Shown here: piece after piece, positions 27,723-39,929 of the stretch
Position numbering within the stretch: position 1 is the stretch's first letter
Layout: each line of letters opens with the position of its first letter
Assembly: GCA_964016885.1 (NCBI GenBank)
Contig: OZ024744.1
Span: 118,792,001-118,856,000, forward strand
Source: Eledone cirrhosa
Lineage: Eukaryota
Reading direction: 5' to 3'
DNA length: 64,000 nucleotides
Translations under genes and position numbers: made by a program
The notes under the pieces: generated by a model
Seen by the model: only the letters and a program-made list of their open reading frames with translations
What the model was told of the DNA's origin: nothing
Database searches by the model: none

Positions 27723-29684
27723 GTGTACTTAGCACGCAGGGAGGCAGAGAGTAGGAGGTTTGCCAATGTTCTGCGACGGGAAGATCAGAGGCGTGCGGTG
27801 TTCCACATTGCAAGGCAGTGTGTCAATGCAAATCAGGATGTTGTTGGAGATAAATGTGTCCGGGATGATGCCGGTGTACTTAGTGTCACGAATGACCAGA
27901 AAAAGGAGGCCTGGAAATGTCATTATGAGAGACTGATGAATGTGGAGAACGAATGGGAGAGAGAGAAATTACCCTTGGTAGATCCGACAGAGGGACCAAC
28001 TATTGAGATTGACGAATATAGGGTCCAAGAGGCGATTAGGGAAATGAAAAATGGTAAGGCGGCCGGACCATCGGGAATAGTTGCTGAGATGCTGAAGGCA
28101 TCAGGGGACGTAGGCACTAAACTGGTTGCACGCATCATCAATCAGGCTATATATGGTGGTGTCATACCCAAAGACTGGTGCAGCAGTATTCTGATAAATT
28201 GCTACAAAGGTAAAGGGGATGCTTTGGAGAGGAGCAATTATAGGGGTATAAAACTGATAGATCAGGTTATGAAAGTGGCAGAAAGGATTTTAGCACAACT
28301 AATTAGAGAAAGGGTCAAACTAGATGAGATGCAGTTTGGTTTTGTGCCTGGGAAGAGTACAACAGATGCCCTCTTCTTGGTGAGACAAATGCAAGAGAGG
28401 TTCTTAGAGAAGAATAAGCCACTATACTTAGCCTTTGTTAACCTAGAGAAGGCCTTTGATAGGGTACCCCGATCTGTCATCTGGTGGTCCCTTAGGAAGC
28501 TAGGTGTTGAGGAATGGCTTGTGAGGACAGTGCAAACTTTGTACAGAGGTACTCTCAGTAAAGTCAGGGTAGGAATGGAGTTTAGTGAGGAATTCCAGAT
28601 AAAAGTAGGAGTACATCAAGTTCCGGTCCTCAGCTCGCTCTTGTTCATTATAGTCCTCCAAGCCATAACAGAGGAGTTTAAGACTGGCTGTCCATGGGAA
28701 CTTCTCTATGCTGACGATCTGGCTCTTATAGCAGAATCAGTAGAGGAGCTAGAGAATAAATTCCGGCTATGGAAACAGCAGTTGGAAGCAAGAGGACTGA
28801 GAGTAAACCTAGCTAAGACAAAAGTGTTGATGAGTAGAAAAGAGGACAAAACCCTGATTCCGTCAGGGAAATGGCCATGTTCGATATGCAGAAAAGGAAC
28901 TGGCATAAATTCTATAAAATGCACACAATGCAGGTCCTGGGTACACAAGAGATGTAGCGGGATAGCAGGCAAACTAACAGGTAGGGAGAAATATGTATGC
29001 AGTAGATGTACAGGGAAATTAGACAGTAGAAGTCGCACTGATAGACACATTTTTCAAATGCGAGAGGGCGCTATAGAAGTGGTGGATAGCTTCCGGTACC
29101 TAGGAGATCAGATTAGCAATGGAGGAGGGTGTTCCGAGGCCATAGTATCTAGAATAAGGACGGGTTGGAAGAAGTTTAGGGAGCTGCTTCCTCTGTTGAC
29201 GAAGAAGGGTTTCTCCCTGCGTACGAAAGGCCGGTTGTATGATGCCTGTGTGAGGAGCGCGATGCTGCATGGTAGTGAGACATGGGCAGCAACCGCAGAG
29301 GATATGCGACGGCTGGAGAGAAATGAGGCAAGCATGCTCCGTTGGATGTGCAATGTAAATGTGCGTGAACGACCCAGCATAAATGTGTTGAGAGAGAAAC
29401 TGTGTCTGAGAGGGATAGAATGTAGTGTACGGGAGAGGAGACTGAGGTGGTATGGACATGTGATGCGCATGGAGGATGACCGATGGGTGAAGAAGTGCCA
29501 GGAAATGCCAGTTGAAGGAAGACGTGGTAGAGGTAGACCACGAAAAACATGGGCGGAGGTGGTGAGAACAGACCTCAGATCATTGAAGCTCACGGTGGAG
29601 ATGACGAGGGACCGTGACGAGTGGAGAGATGCTGTGCTGAATAAGACCCGTCCCACCCTTGCAAGCAGGGAAAAGCGGACGTAA
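27723..29684 (+). pseudogene. RTE ORF, reverse transcriptase plus PHD-like finger plus C-terminus
   Basis: NYRGIKL, QFGFVPG, LEKAFDRV, LLYADDL, RYLG and LRWYGHVMR; C-x2-C...C-x2-C-x4-H-x2-C...C-x2-C; substitutions in conserved motifs (FVNLEK, HQVPVLSS). Confidence 0.95.
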
Positions 29685-29699
29685 AATGATGATGATGAT

Positions 29700-29736
29700 A
29701 ATATATATATATATAATATATATATATATAATATAT

Positions 29737-29768
<32 letters not shown>

Positions 29769-29796
29769 ATATATATATAATATATATATATAATAT

Positions 29797-29829
<33 letters not shown>

Positions 29830-29982
29830 GTATAATATATATATATATAATATATATAATATATATATATATAATATATATAATATATATATATATAATA
29901 TATATAATATATATATAATATATATATATATATCATGTATATATAATATATATATAATATATATATAATATATATAATATAT

Positions 29983-30014
<32 letters not shown>

Positions 30015-30022
30015 ATATATAT
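29700..30022. repeat. (TA)n/(TATAA)n microsatellite
   Basis: Direct reading. Confidence 0.95.
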
Positions 30023-30402
30023 GCAAAAGTTTTATATAAAATTGTTGGGTTACAACAAGTAAATATTTTATAACCGATATAAAGCACTCGACAAGTTTTG
30101 GAGTAGATATACGATATTAAACAAATGGAAACTATATTTATAAAACCATATTTATTTCATTATACATATTTCGGGGATACCATATTAAAAATATGGCATG
30201 CCTTCTTCAGATAAAATACAATATATAAACAGTTTTATAAATAATTTTGACGTACCATAAATATTGACTAACCGTTATGACCAAACCAGCTTTTTACATA
30301 ACGGTTGGTCAATATTATTTATAAAACTGTTTATATATTGTATTTTATCTGAAGAAGGCATGCCATATTTTTAATATGGTATCCCCGAAATATGTATAAT
30401 GA
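30022..30402. mobile_element. Non-coding hammerhead element as a head-to-head inverted pair (long arm -, short arm +)
   Basis: 30157-30245 is the reverse complement of 30314-30402; same family as 32270, 47730 and 51157. Confidence 0.8.
30153..30218 (-). ncRNA. Minimal type I hammerhead motif (second, 3'-truncated copy on + at 30341-30402)
   Basis: TATTTTAT-CTGAAGA-stem II (ATGCCATATT/AATATGGTAT)-GAA-ATATGTAT-A|ATGAAATA; self-complementary stem III. Confidence 0.7.
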
Positions 30403-30403
30403 T

Positions 30404-30404
<1 letters not shown>

Positions 30405-30471
<67 letters not shown>

Positions 30472-30489
30472 TATAATATATATATATAT

Positions 30490-30522
<33 letters not shown>

Positions 30523-30639
30523 AATATATATATAAATATATATATAATATATATATAATATATATATAATATATATATATAATATATATATATAATATAT
30601 ATATAATATATATATAATATATATATATAATATATATAT

Positions 30640-30687
<48 letters not shown>

Positions 30688-30765
30688 TATAATATATATA
30701 TATATAAATATATATAATATATATATAATATAATATATATATAAATATATATAATATATATATAT
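30405..30765. repeat. (TA)n/(TATAA)n microsatellite
   Basis: Direct reading. Confidence 0.95.
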
Positions 30766-31375
30766 GGCTACGTTGGTATGGACACGTGATGCGCATGAAA
30801 GTCGATAGCTGTATAACAAAGTGCAGGGCAATAAAGATAGACGGTAGTCACGGAATAGGCAGACCTAGAAAAACCTGGGACGAGCTGATAAACTCCGACA
30901 TCACACACTTACACCTCTCCAAGACAATGTCACTGGACCGAGACCTTTGGCGGTACTCAGTAACAGAGAAGACCCGCCTTACCTAAATATATAGTAAAAC
31001 CTACTCCAGCCAGTAGGCATCTCTAACAAAATACACCCCGTCCCACCACCACCACCCGATCCACACCACCCCGTTCTATGTAAAGTTATGTTGGTGCCGC
31101 GCCATTGAGGCCGAAACAAATGAGATCGTGTAGGTGTCACGACAAAAAAACACACAGTCCACGCTGTAATGTGGCCGTGTAGGCAACACGGTAAAAACCT
31201 CCCAGACCCACACTGTAAATGTGGTTGGTGTTAGGAAGGGCATCCAACTGTAGAAAACCTGCCAGACAGTCCTATGCGAGCAAGACAATCACTCTTGCCT
31301 CAAGTGGGACTACCCCCGTCCAAACCCATGCAAGCGTGGAACACGGACGTTAAACGTTGATGATGATGATGATGA
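30766..31375 (+). mobile_element. Young RTE family B 3' fragment embedded in TA microsatellite
   Basis: Nearly identical to 48112-48748 (MRMKVDSCITKCRAIKIDGSHGIGRPRKTWDELINSD). Confidence 0.93.
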
Positions 31376-31377
31376 TA

Positions 31378-31471
<94 letters not shown>

Positions 31472-31485
31472 TATATATATATAAT

Positions 31486-31534
<49 letters not shown>

Positions 31535-31597
31535 TATAATATATATATAATATATAATATATATATATATATATAATATATATATAATATATAATAT

Positions 31598-31629
<32 letters not shown>

Positions 31630-31631
31630 AT

Positions 31632-31695
<64 letters not shown>

Positions 31696-31705
31696 ATATA
31701 TATAT

Positions 31706-31738
<33 letters not shown>

Positions 31739-31742
31739 ATAT

Positions 31743-31794
<52 letters not shown>
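31376..31794. repeat. (TA)n/(TATAA)n microsatellite
   Basis: Direct reading. Confidence 0.95.
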
Positions 31795-31796
<2 letters not shown>

Positions 31797-32088
31797 AGAT
31801 TGTTTAAGTTTGCTTGAAGCATTGTGTGGAATATGAAAAATAGTTGTTTTGGAAGTCTCTACAACGCAGATGGGTAAATCTCCAGGTAACAAAGTCAGGT
31901 GAATGTGAAATCCAAAATATCGGGACCAATAAACCTCTTCCAAGGTAACTCCATCTCTGGTTTTCTTTTTATGCCTTTTTTTACGTTTATTTTTATTTTT
32001 CTTCCTACATTTCACTCTCCTCCTACTGCCACCTAATTTTGTTACCTGGAGATTTACCCATTTGCATTGTAGAGGCTGCCAAAAAGAC

Positions 32089-32120
<32 letters not shown>

Positions 32121-32304
32121 CACACACACAATAATTCAAGAGTAAGAAATTGTTCAGACAAAGATATTCACAAATGCTTCTTTGTAAAATAATATAGGAG
32201 CATTAGAAGATCTGAGAGTAAAGCTGTTAGAAGTTTGATTCTTACCATTATATATATATATATCAATGATATTAATAAATGGAAACTATATTTATAAAAC
32301 CATA

Positions 32305-32367
32305 TTTATTCTATTATATATATTTCAAGGGTACCAAAACTTTGGTACGCTCTCATCAGATAAAAAT
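32305..32367 (-). ncRNA. Minimal hammerhead motif, same family as 30153/51193
   Basis: Minus strand TTTTAT-CTGATGA-GAGCGTACCAAAGTTTTGGTACCCTT-GAAATATATATA|ATAGAATA. Confidence 0.6.
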
Positions 32368-32589
32368 ACAAAGTTTGTTTTATAAATATTGACATATATG
32401 TGGCCGTGTAGGCAACACGGTAAAAACCTTTGAAATATATATAATAAAGTATATATTTTGATTATGAGAATATTTTTCATTTGTTAATATTTTGAATAAT
32501 ATTATATATATATATATATATATATAAATATATAAACAAGAGTATCAATGGAAAATTAACTCCTTCCATTCAAAAACCATATTTATTCT

Positions 32590-35500
32590 CTTACACATGC
32601 CATGTGACAGGTACGTAGGAATAGTCAATAGGAAAGGAACTCAGGAAATAGACTCCCTCAAATGTTCAGAAGGTTCACTAGAAGTAGTTGATAGCTTTTG
32701 CTATCTAGGTCCCTTTATTAGCAATGGTAATAGATGTATTGAAAGTGATGTTACCAGAGTGAGAAGAGGATGGAAGACATTCAGGGCAGATTCTATGAGG
32801 CTTGTATTTGAACTGCTATGTTACATGTGAAAGTGATTGTGAAAGTGGCTGAAAGAGTTTTAGCTCAACTAATTACAAATAGAATTAGATGAGATGTAGT
32901 TTGGATTTGTGCCAGGGTAGAGTACAAATGATGCCTTCTTCTTAGTGAAACAACTGTAAGAGAAATTGCTAGCCAAGAGTTAACTGGGTATACAAGAGAG
33001 AACCAAGTGGAAAGATGTACTGATGGGAACTTGCCTAAGCTTTGAAAACATGTAATGACTATGATGATAATAATACTTCATGCATATATATATATATATA
33101 TCATCATATATATATATATATAAAATTATTTCTACTTTTGATACAAGGGCAGCAATTATCCCAGTACATTACTGGGATGAAAGGATGAAAGGCAAAGTTA
33201 ACCTCGGTGGGATTTGAACTTAGAATGTAAAGGGCCGTAACTATGCTGCATAGTGTCTGATGCTCTACTCTACTGATACAGCCTATCCACCACCCTACAA
33301 TAGAAAAAAATGAAGAAGTTTCATTTACATATAAAAGATATTGTATATCGACCTGTTACACATTTTTCTCAGAGGATTGGCTCAAGGTCACCCATAGGGG
33401 TTATGGACCTGACTCCACTATCAATCTGCTCCTTTTTATATGTAAACGAAACTTCCTCGTTTTTTTCTTTTATATACACTATGCTTGTGCATAGAGTGCT
33501 TGCTTTGGTACCACCACCATTAATTCACTGAATCTCCTACAATATATATTTATATAAAACAATGATCATAATCATCACCATTTAACATTCATTGTTCCAC
33601 GATAGCATGGGTTAGCGATTCTTGGCTTAAACTTTAATGTTATTTTTATATATATATATGTATATATATAAAAATACCTTTTTCTATCATTTCCATTGTA
33701 TTATCGTTTGCTTTATTATTTCTCTTCACTTTTTACATACATATAAATATATATAAAGTTTTATGTTGCACAGTAGTGGGACATGGACAGTGAATGCAGA
33801 TCATTTGCAAAGGCTAGAGAGAAATGACGTGTGAATGCTTTGATGGATGTGTGATGTGCACGAGCAGCAAAGTATGGATAAACTGAGAGAAAAACTACAC
33901 CAATATGGACATGTGATACATATGGATCACATACAAATAAAGGAAGTGCCAAGAAAAGCCAGTGGAAGACCAAGGAAAACATGAGCAGAAGTGGTGAAAG
34001 TGGATATCATAAAAAAGTTGATGAAGGAATGCAACATGTGACAGGAGAATATGCTGGAAAAGACACATTCAAATCCTTGCAAGCATGGAAAAATGGATGC
34101 AAGAAGGAATATGATGCATACACACACAAACACATATACCTATATATATTTACTTGTGCTCAAGGTACTGCAGTATTATGTCTTCAAATGTAGGAGTTGA
34201 TGTCTTGTAAGGCAGTGAAGCAACAAACTGTAAAATTGACACTAGTGCTTTTTAGGCCTGCATTTCTCCTAACAGCAAAATTATGAAGCTACTGTACCCC
34301 CACCCACCACCACATACAATTGTAAAGGCTATGTGCTACTGTATATGTGAAAACACATCCTCCCACTCAACAAGGTTGTTTATGCTAGGGTACATCAGAC
34401 CTATTGAGGTAGTTGCAGCTGGTTGAGGTTACAAACGTGTGACCCCACCACTGACTAGCATCAGGAGGTTCATAGACCCTCTACTGCTCAGGTCAAGAAT
34501 AGCCTAGAGAAAAGAGACGGTTTACTGAAAACCACGGACTGGGTCTGCAGTTGGAGCAGTCCCATTTAGAAAGGGACTGACTTGGTTGTGGAATAAGGTA
34601 GAGCCATAAAAACAAAAATACAAACCAGCAGAGAGTAGAAGTGGGGGGGGGGGCAAAGAGTAATACTGTATAGCTAGAAGAAGGTCCAGGCATTAGGTGA
34701 ACCTAACAAAGGAAGAAGCAGAAAAGAAGTTTGCAAATGTTTTATCTTGTGAAGTATTCTGGATTGCAAGACAGTGTTCTATAGAAAATCACGATGTTGA
34801 AGAAAAGTGTATTTGAAATGATAGTGGAACATTTGTCCTGTCAGTTGTTGGAAAGTAGGATGGTACAGCAAAGGCCTACATCATGTAGTTTTAACTAAGG
34901 GACCAGCCGTAAAAGTTGAAAGCAGTGTGATAGAGCAATTAAGGAAATGAAGGTAGGGAACAAAACTGGACCATCTGGTATAGTTACTGAGATGCTAAAC
35001 ACATCTGGCATGGTAGGTTATAAGCTAGTCAGATGCATAATTAATCTTGTATATTGGTGGTATATCCAATAAATGGCACAGCAATATCATTGAGAACTAT
35101 AAGGGTAGGAGAGAGGTTATTACAGAGGGATCAAATTGGTGGACCAAGTCATGAAAGTTGCTGAGAGGGTTATAGGGTAACTGGGGAAAGAATTAAGTTA
35201 GTTACGACACAGTTTGAATTTATGTCAGGTAAGGGTACTACTGATGCCCTCTTTCCACCGAGACAACTACAGAAGAAGTACTTAACTAAGTGTAAGTCAC
35301 TGTACCTAGCATTTGTGGATCTGAAGAAGGCTTTTTACAGGGTCCCTTGCTCTGTAATCTGGTGGGCACACAGAAAGCTAGGTGTAGACAAATGTGAGAG
35401 CTGTGCAGGCCATATATAAAGGAACAACCAGGAGGAGAGAGAGAGAGAGTTGGCTATAAGTAAAGAGATGAAATTGAAGTGCAGATAGAGATGCACCAGG

Positions 35501-36060
35501 GCTCAGTCATCAGTCCTGTCTTGTTTATCATTGTCCTTCAGTCCATCACTGAGGGGTTTAAAACAGGCACTCCAAGGGAGCTCCTATAAACTGATGTCTT
35601 AACTGAATCTGTGGGAGAGTTAGAGGCCAAATTCCAAGTATGGAAGAAAGACCTAGAGTCAAAAGAAGACAGGAAGCTGATGCCATCAGGGAAATGACCA
35701 TGCTTGATATGCCGAAAAAGGAGTAGGTAGAAATTCCATAAGGTGCAGACATTGTAATCTATTGATGCACAAGTGACGTAATGGAATTACTGGCAGATTC
35801 AAAGTGAAGACAGACTCTGTATGTGATAGATGCACAGGGGAAGTAAGCACTAAGAGCACAAGTAAAATAGATACCCTCAGTTGCGAGGGAAGCTCTTTAA
35901 ACATTATTGACAATTTTAATACCTAGATGACCTAATCAGCAGTGGGCAAGGATGCACTGAAAGTTTGATAACCAGAGTAAGAACAGGCTGGAAGAAGTTT
36001 GAGGAGTTGGTAACTTTGCCGACAACAAAGAGTTCCTCTCTCAGAGTGAAGGGTAGACTC
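32590..36060 (+). pseudogene. Old decayed RTE fragments (32590-33070, 33760-34115, 34700-36060)
   Basis: SLEVVDSFCYLG, GKGTTDALF..RQLQKKYL...DLKKAFYRVP and GWKKF. Confidence 0.8.
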
Positions 36061-36769
36061 CATTTCTCATACACATGTATCATACTTAGAGCAGAGGGGG
36101 CTCTTTAGTTGAGATAATGACAACCTCCCTTGCGGTGGTACCATGAAAAATACAGCCAGTACACTAGTAGTTAACAATTGGAAGGGCATGCCATGTTAGA
36201 GACCATACCAAAAAGAGTTGAGAGGACTCTCTAGTTATGCCAAAGGCACAACATATATATGTCTTACTCATACATATCTCCTACCATAAAATATGTCAGC
36301 TCATCCATTCCAAGATGCCACCAACACCACCATTGCTCCTTAGTAGTTATGCTAGCTCTCATAAATCCTAACTCCTTAGTAACTGTTATCACAGTACCTG
36401 CCGCTCTATTGGGGGTATGGGAGAAATCAACCTCCTCCCCTCATTATCATGTCAAATCCCACCACACTTGTCATACACCCATGACATACTTTGTCATCCC
36501 TCCCTACTTCCCATACTTATCATTCTTACTTTAGTCCATCATATTCCCCTCCCCTCATAAGGTAGAGTGGGCTATTTAGTAGGATAGCTGTCACATAAAG
36601 TGCACCCAGCACATCCTGTAATGTGGTTGGTGATAGAAGAGGACTCTTCAGTGGTGTCAAGGGCGTGGCAACCTCTCAGATGACATCTGGTGCATTCTGT
36701 AGAATGTGAGAAGATATGCCAGCAAAGTGCAGCCCCCCCCCCCCTTCGTGTGTCGTGGTGAGACCAAGT

Positions 36770-37072
36770 GTGAAACGAGGAAATCCTGCTGAGAGCTGCG
36801 TCATGTAAACCACAGAGGATGGTTGCAGAGCACTGGTACCACCTGGCTGGCCATATTCTGCCCCTGCCCGACGAACAACACTAAAAAATAGTGATCAACT
36901 GGACTCTACTTGGCGGCAAATGAAAGCAAGGTTGCCCCAGAATAACCTGGCGGCAAACATTCTAAAACGACCTGATGGCAGCCAACATTACTTGGCAGGG
37001 ACACGAAAAAGCTGTCGCTGAAAATGACTTGGTGGCTCGATGCGCCAAAAGGCGCGGAAGAACCTAAGAACA
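36770..37072 (+). pseudogene. 3' end of another RTE-like LINE
   Basis: GGK*KQGCPRITWRQTF*NDL...VARCAKRRGRT* pattern. Confidence 0.5.
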
Positions 37073-37811
37073 TATATATATTCACATATATGTTAGTTAT
37101 GCGTGTAACTACAGATGAAGGCGGTGTTCCATTCAAAGCACTCAATGCTGTTACAAAGTCCGTCTCATGTTGGGTTGTATTCCAGAGTTAAGGTGGCAGT
37201 AGTGTGCAGTGTATGTCTTTGCATATTCAAACTCACATAGCTGACAAGATGTCGACAAAGATTTTGGGTCTCGTCATTTTGATTGTACCCTGAGCTGATT
37301 GGTATCAATTGTTATATGCCATTAAAGTTTGTACAAATGCTGCCAAACTGACTTTGATTTTTCTTAATCTATATCATCATCACCGTTTAACGTCCACCTT
37401 CCACACTAACATGGGTATATATATATTATATAGAAATGACTTCTACAGGACTAGAACTGTTTCATCATCATCATTTTACGTCTGCTTTTTTGCAAGGGTT
37501 GGACGAAATCATTTGATGATTTCATATGAATGAAAGAGTTTTAGTCCTGTAGAAGTCATTTCTATATAAAATAAATATATTTCTCTATTAACATATTAAG
37601 TACCTTATTTAACTTTTTTTAAAAAATCTGTTCAGAAAACCATCCTTATCTATCTGTCTATAAGTGTGTATATATATAATAGTAGAACACTGGTGGGTAG
37701 TAGCAGAGCACTCAGTCCATAGGACGAGTTTGGTAGAAGTTCCACAGCAGTTAGTTCACCATACCGAGAACAATTGTTTCACCTTATTCGAATCCGTACA
37801 ACTTCATTTAG

Positions 37812-37854
37812 ACCGAGCTGAGGATCTGAATAAGGTGAAACAATTGTTCTCAGT
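37812..37854 (+). ncRNA. Minimal hammerhead motif within an inverted pair (37733-37881)
   Basis: ACCGAG-CTGAGGA-TCTGAATAAGGT-GAA-ACAATTGT-T|CTCAGT; palindromic stem III; the inverted arm reads CTCGGT, restoring stem I. Confidence 0.55.
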
Positions 37855-38419
37855 ATGGTGAACTAACTGTTGTGGAACTACTTCTATATATATAGAGAGA
37901 ATATATAGATATATACATAGAGAGAGAGTTTGCAATGCCGAGACCACAAATCAGGGGAGTACTCTATGCATGGTAAGAAGCATATATATAAGATATATAT
38001 AAGAGAAAGTTAGGCCTCAAAATATTACCGAGGCAAATAATCTGTCCTAAGTATGTGATACACTTAAGAGTGTTATGCTTGACCATTGCTCATACCATTG
38101 TTGCTATGTTAGTTATAATTATGGCTGTCCTACATGAGACCTGAAATTGACAGCAAGCTGAAAAGCTGAGTCATTGACCTAGACTGCAGGCACTCTTGAT
38201 GCCAAGATAGCTGGCTCTCAGTTATCTAGACATATGTGACACGATGTGGGTAATAAAGGTCTTTTATGAGCATATATAGTCTCCTACCTGTTTATATTTA
38301 TTGTTGTTTGGTTATAAACTATGGTCACATACACATGGTTGTCTTATTCATGGTGTCACACTTTCTTAACTTTATGTTTACTCTGGATGATTTGTGGCTG
38401 CCTGAAACAATTTGATTGG

Positions 38420-38510
38420 TATCTGCTCTACTGTAATATATATATCTGCTCTACTGTAATATATATATCTGCTCTACTGTAATATATATATCTGCTCTAC
38501 AGTAATATAT
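38420..38510. repeat. Short tandem repeat ATCTGCTCTACTGTAATATATAT(AT), 4 copies
   Basis: Direct reading. Confidence 0.9.
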
Positions 38511-38834
38511 ATATATATATATATTATAAGAATAGACTAAAATAAAGCTATTTCAGTCATATTTCACTATGAATGGCTCAAAACTATATATATATATATA
38601 TATATGTTAGCTTGAAGTTAACTTCAGTACAGGTTTTTGATTTCGACAAATAACCTAACAAGTTGGCTTCTCAGTCGGAAAAGTGCCATGAGAAAACTAA
38701 TCCAGTACATGCTATGGAGTTGTTGGTATTAGGAAGGGCATCCAGCTATAGAAACCCTGCCAAAATGGATTGGATGAGCAAGACAGTCATCTGACCTACC
38801 TAGCCTCAAAATGTGACATGACATAAAACGAATT

Positions 38835-39360
38835 GAGGGAGAGAGACTAAGCATAAGAGGTATCAAATGTTTGTGTGCAGGAGAGGAGATTGCGTTGGTA
38901 TCGACATGTGATACATATGAAGGACAACAGCTATATAAAAAAGTGCAGAGCGATCAAAATTGATGGAAGCTACTGGTAGACCAAGAAAAACCTGGGACGA
39001 GGTAATAAAAACTGACCTTGCTCACTTACACCTCTCTAAGACAATGTCACTGAATCAAGACCTTTGGCACCATGCAGTTATACAGAAGACCTGCCTTCCC
39101 TTACATATATACTTAAACCTACAGTCAGTAGACACCTCTTAACCCAAGATACACCCCACACCCCTTACTCCATCCTCCCACTGTAAAGTGGTAATGTAGG
39201 AGACACGGTAAAAAGGCTCCCAGTCCACACTGTAAATGTGGTTGGTGTTAGGTACCTGCCAGAAACAGTCCTACACAAGCGAGACACTGTCACCAGAGTG
39301 GGACAAAACTGTCCAACCCATGCTAACGTGGAAGATGAACGTTAAACGACGATGACGATA
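38835..39360 (+). pseudogene. RTE family B-like 3' fragment
   Basis: GRPRKTWDEVIKTDLAHLHLSKTMSL plus 3' UTR. Confidence 0.85.
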
Positions 39361-39659
39361 TATATATAAGCAAACACACACACATATATATTTATAATAA
39401 TAAATGTAAATGCCTGAGCATGTATTCACATTGATTTCTATCTTTGGCAAATATAACTATTGTATTTAAGTAAATAAACAGCAAAATCAAATGTCATTTC
39501 AAGTTCAAATTAGTCTTCTGTCATAAATGAAATTTTGACTTTTAATCATAGTCAATTTACTATCCAGGAAGCTATGGAATATCTGCGAGTCAATTAAAAC
39601 AAAATTAGTTCAAGTCTGAACCCCATCAAATGTGTTGTGCTCGTCTGTTTCAATCATAC

Positions 39660-39721
39660 CTCTGTATATTACAGGTACCAGATACATTCCACATCGTTGT
39701 TTCATTAAGAGGTAGCAAGCA
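39660..39721 (-). other. Candidate 62-nt host exon (CLLPLNETTMWNVSGTCNIQ)
   Basis: Acceptor TTTTTTTTCTCTACCAAG|, donor AG|GTATGA, open frame, non-repetitive context; no homology recognised. Confidence 0.25.
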
Positions 39722-39929
39722 CTTGGTAGAGAAAAAAAATTGTATTGAATTATAGAAACCTAAACACAAAATATGTTGGTGCCATTTCATATGATTTGCA
39801 AGACACAAATGTAGTTTTCTCTTTTCTTACATAAGTATATATTGATAGATACATTATAAAACACATACACACTTATTACACTAGCAGAAATACCAGGAGG
39901 GCAGCATTATCACAACTTTATATCATATA

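Larger units (their letters stand above)
26543..29699 (+). mobile_element. RTE-clade LINE family A, near full length, inserted in a (TA)n tract
   Basis: Short 5' UTR, APE-RT-PHD-like ORF, 3' stem-loop and (TGA)n tail; TA-rich flanks on both sides. Confidence 0.96.

Noticed and set aside
27729-29656. Multiple antisense ORFs over the RTEs (also 48592-50791)
   Set aside because: Shadow frames of the RTE coding strand.
29580-32015. YI-rich ORFs (also at 2886-4765, 5944-6283, 41867-42124)
   Set aside because: Translations of (TA)n/(CA)n microsatellites.
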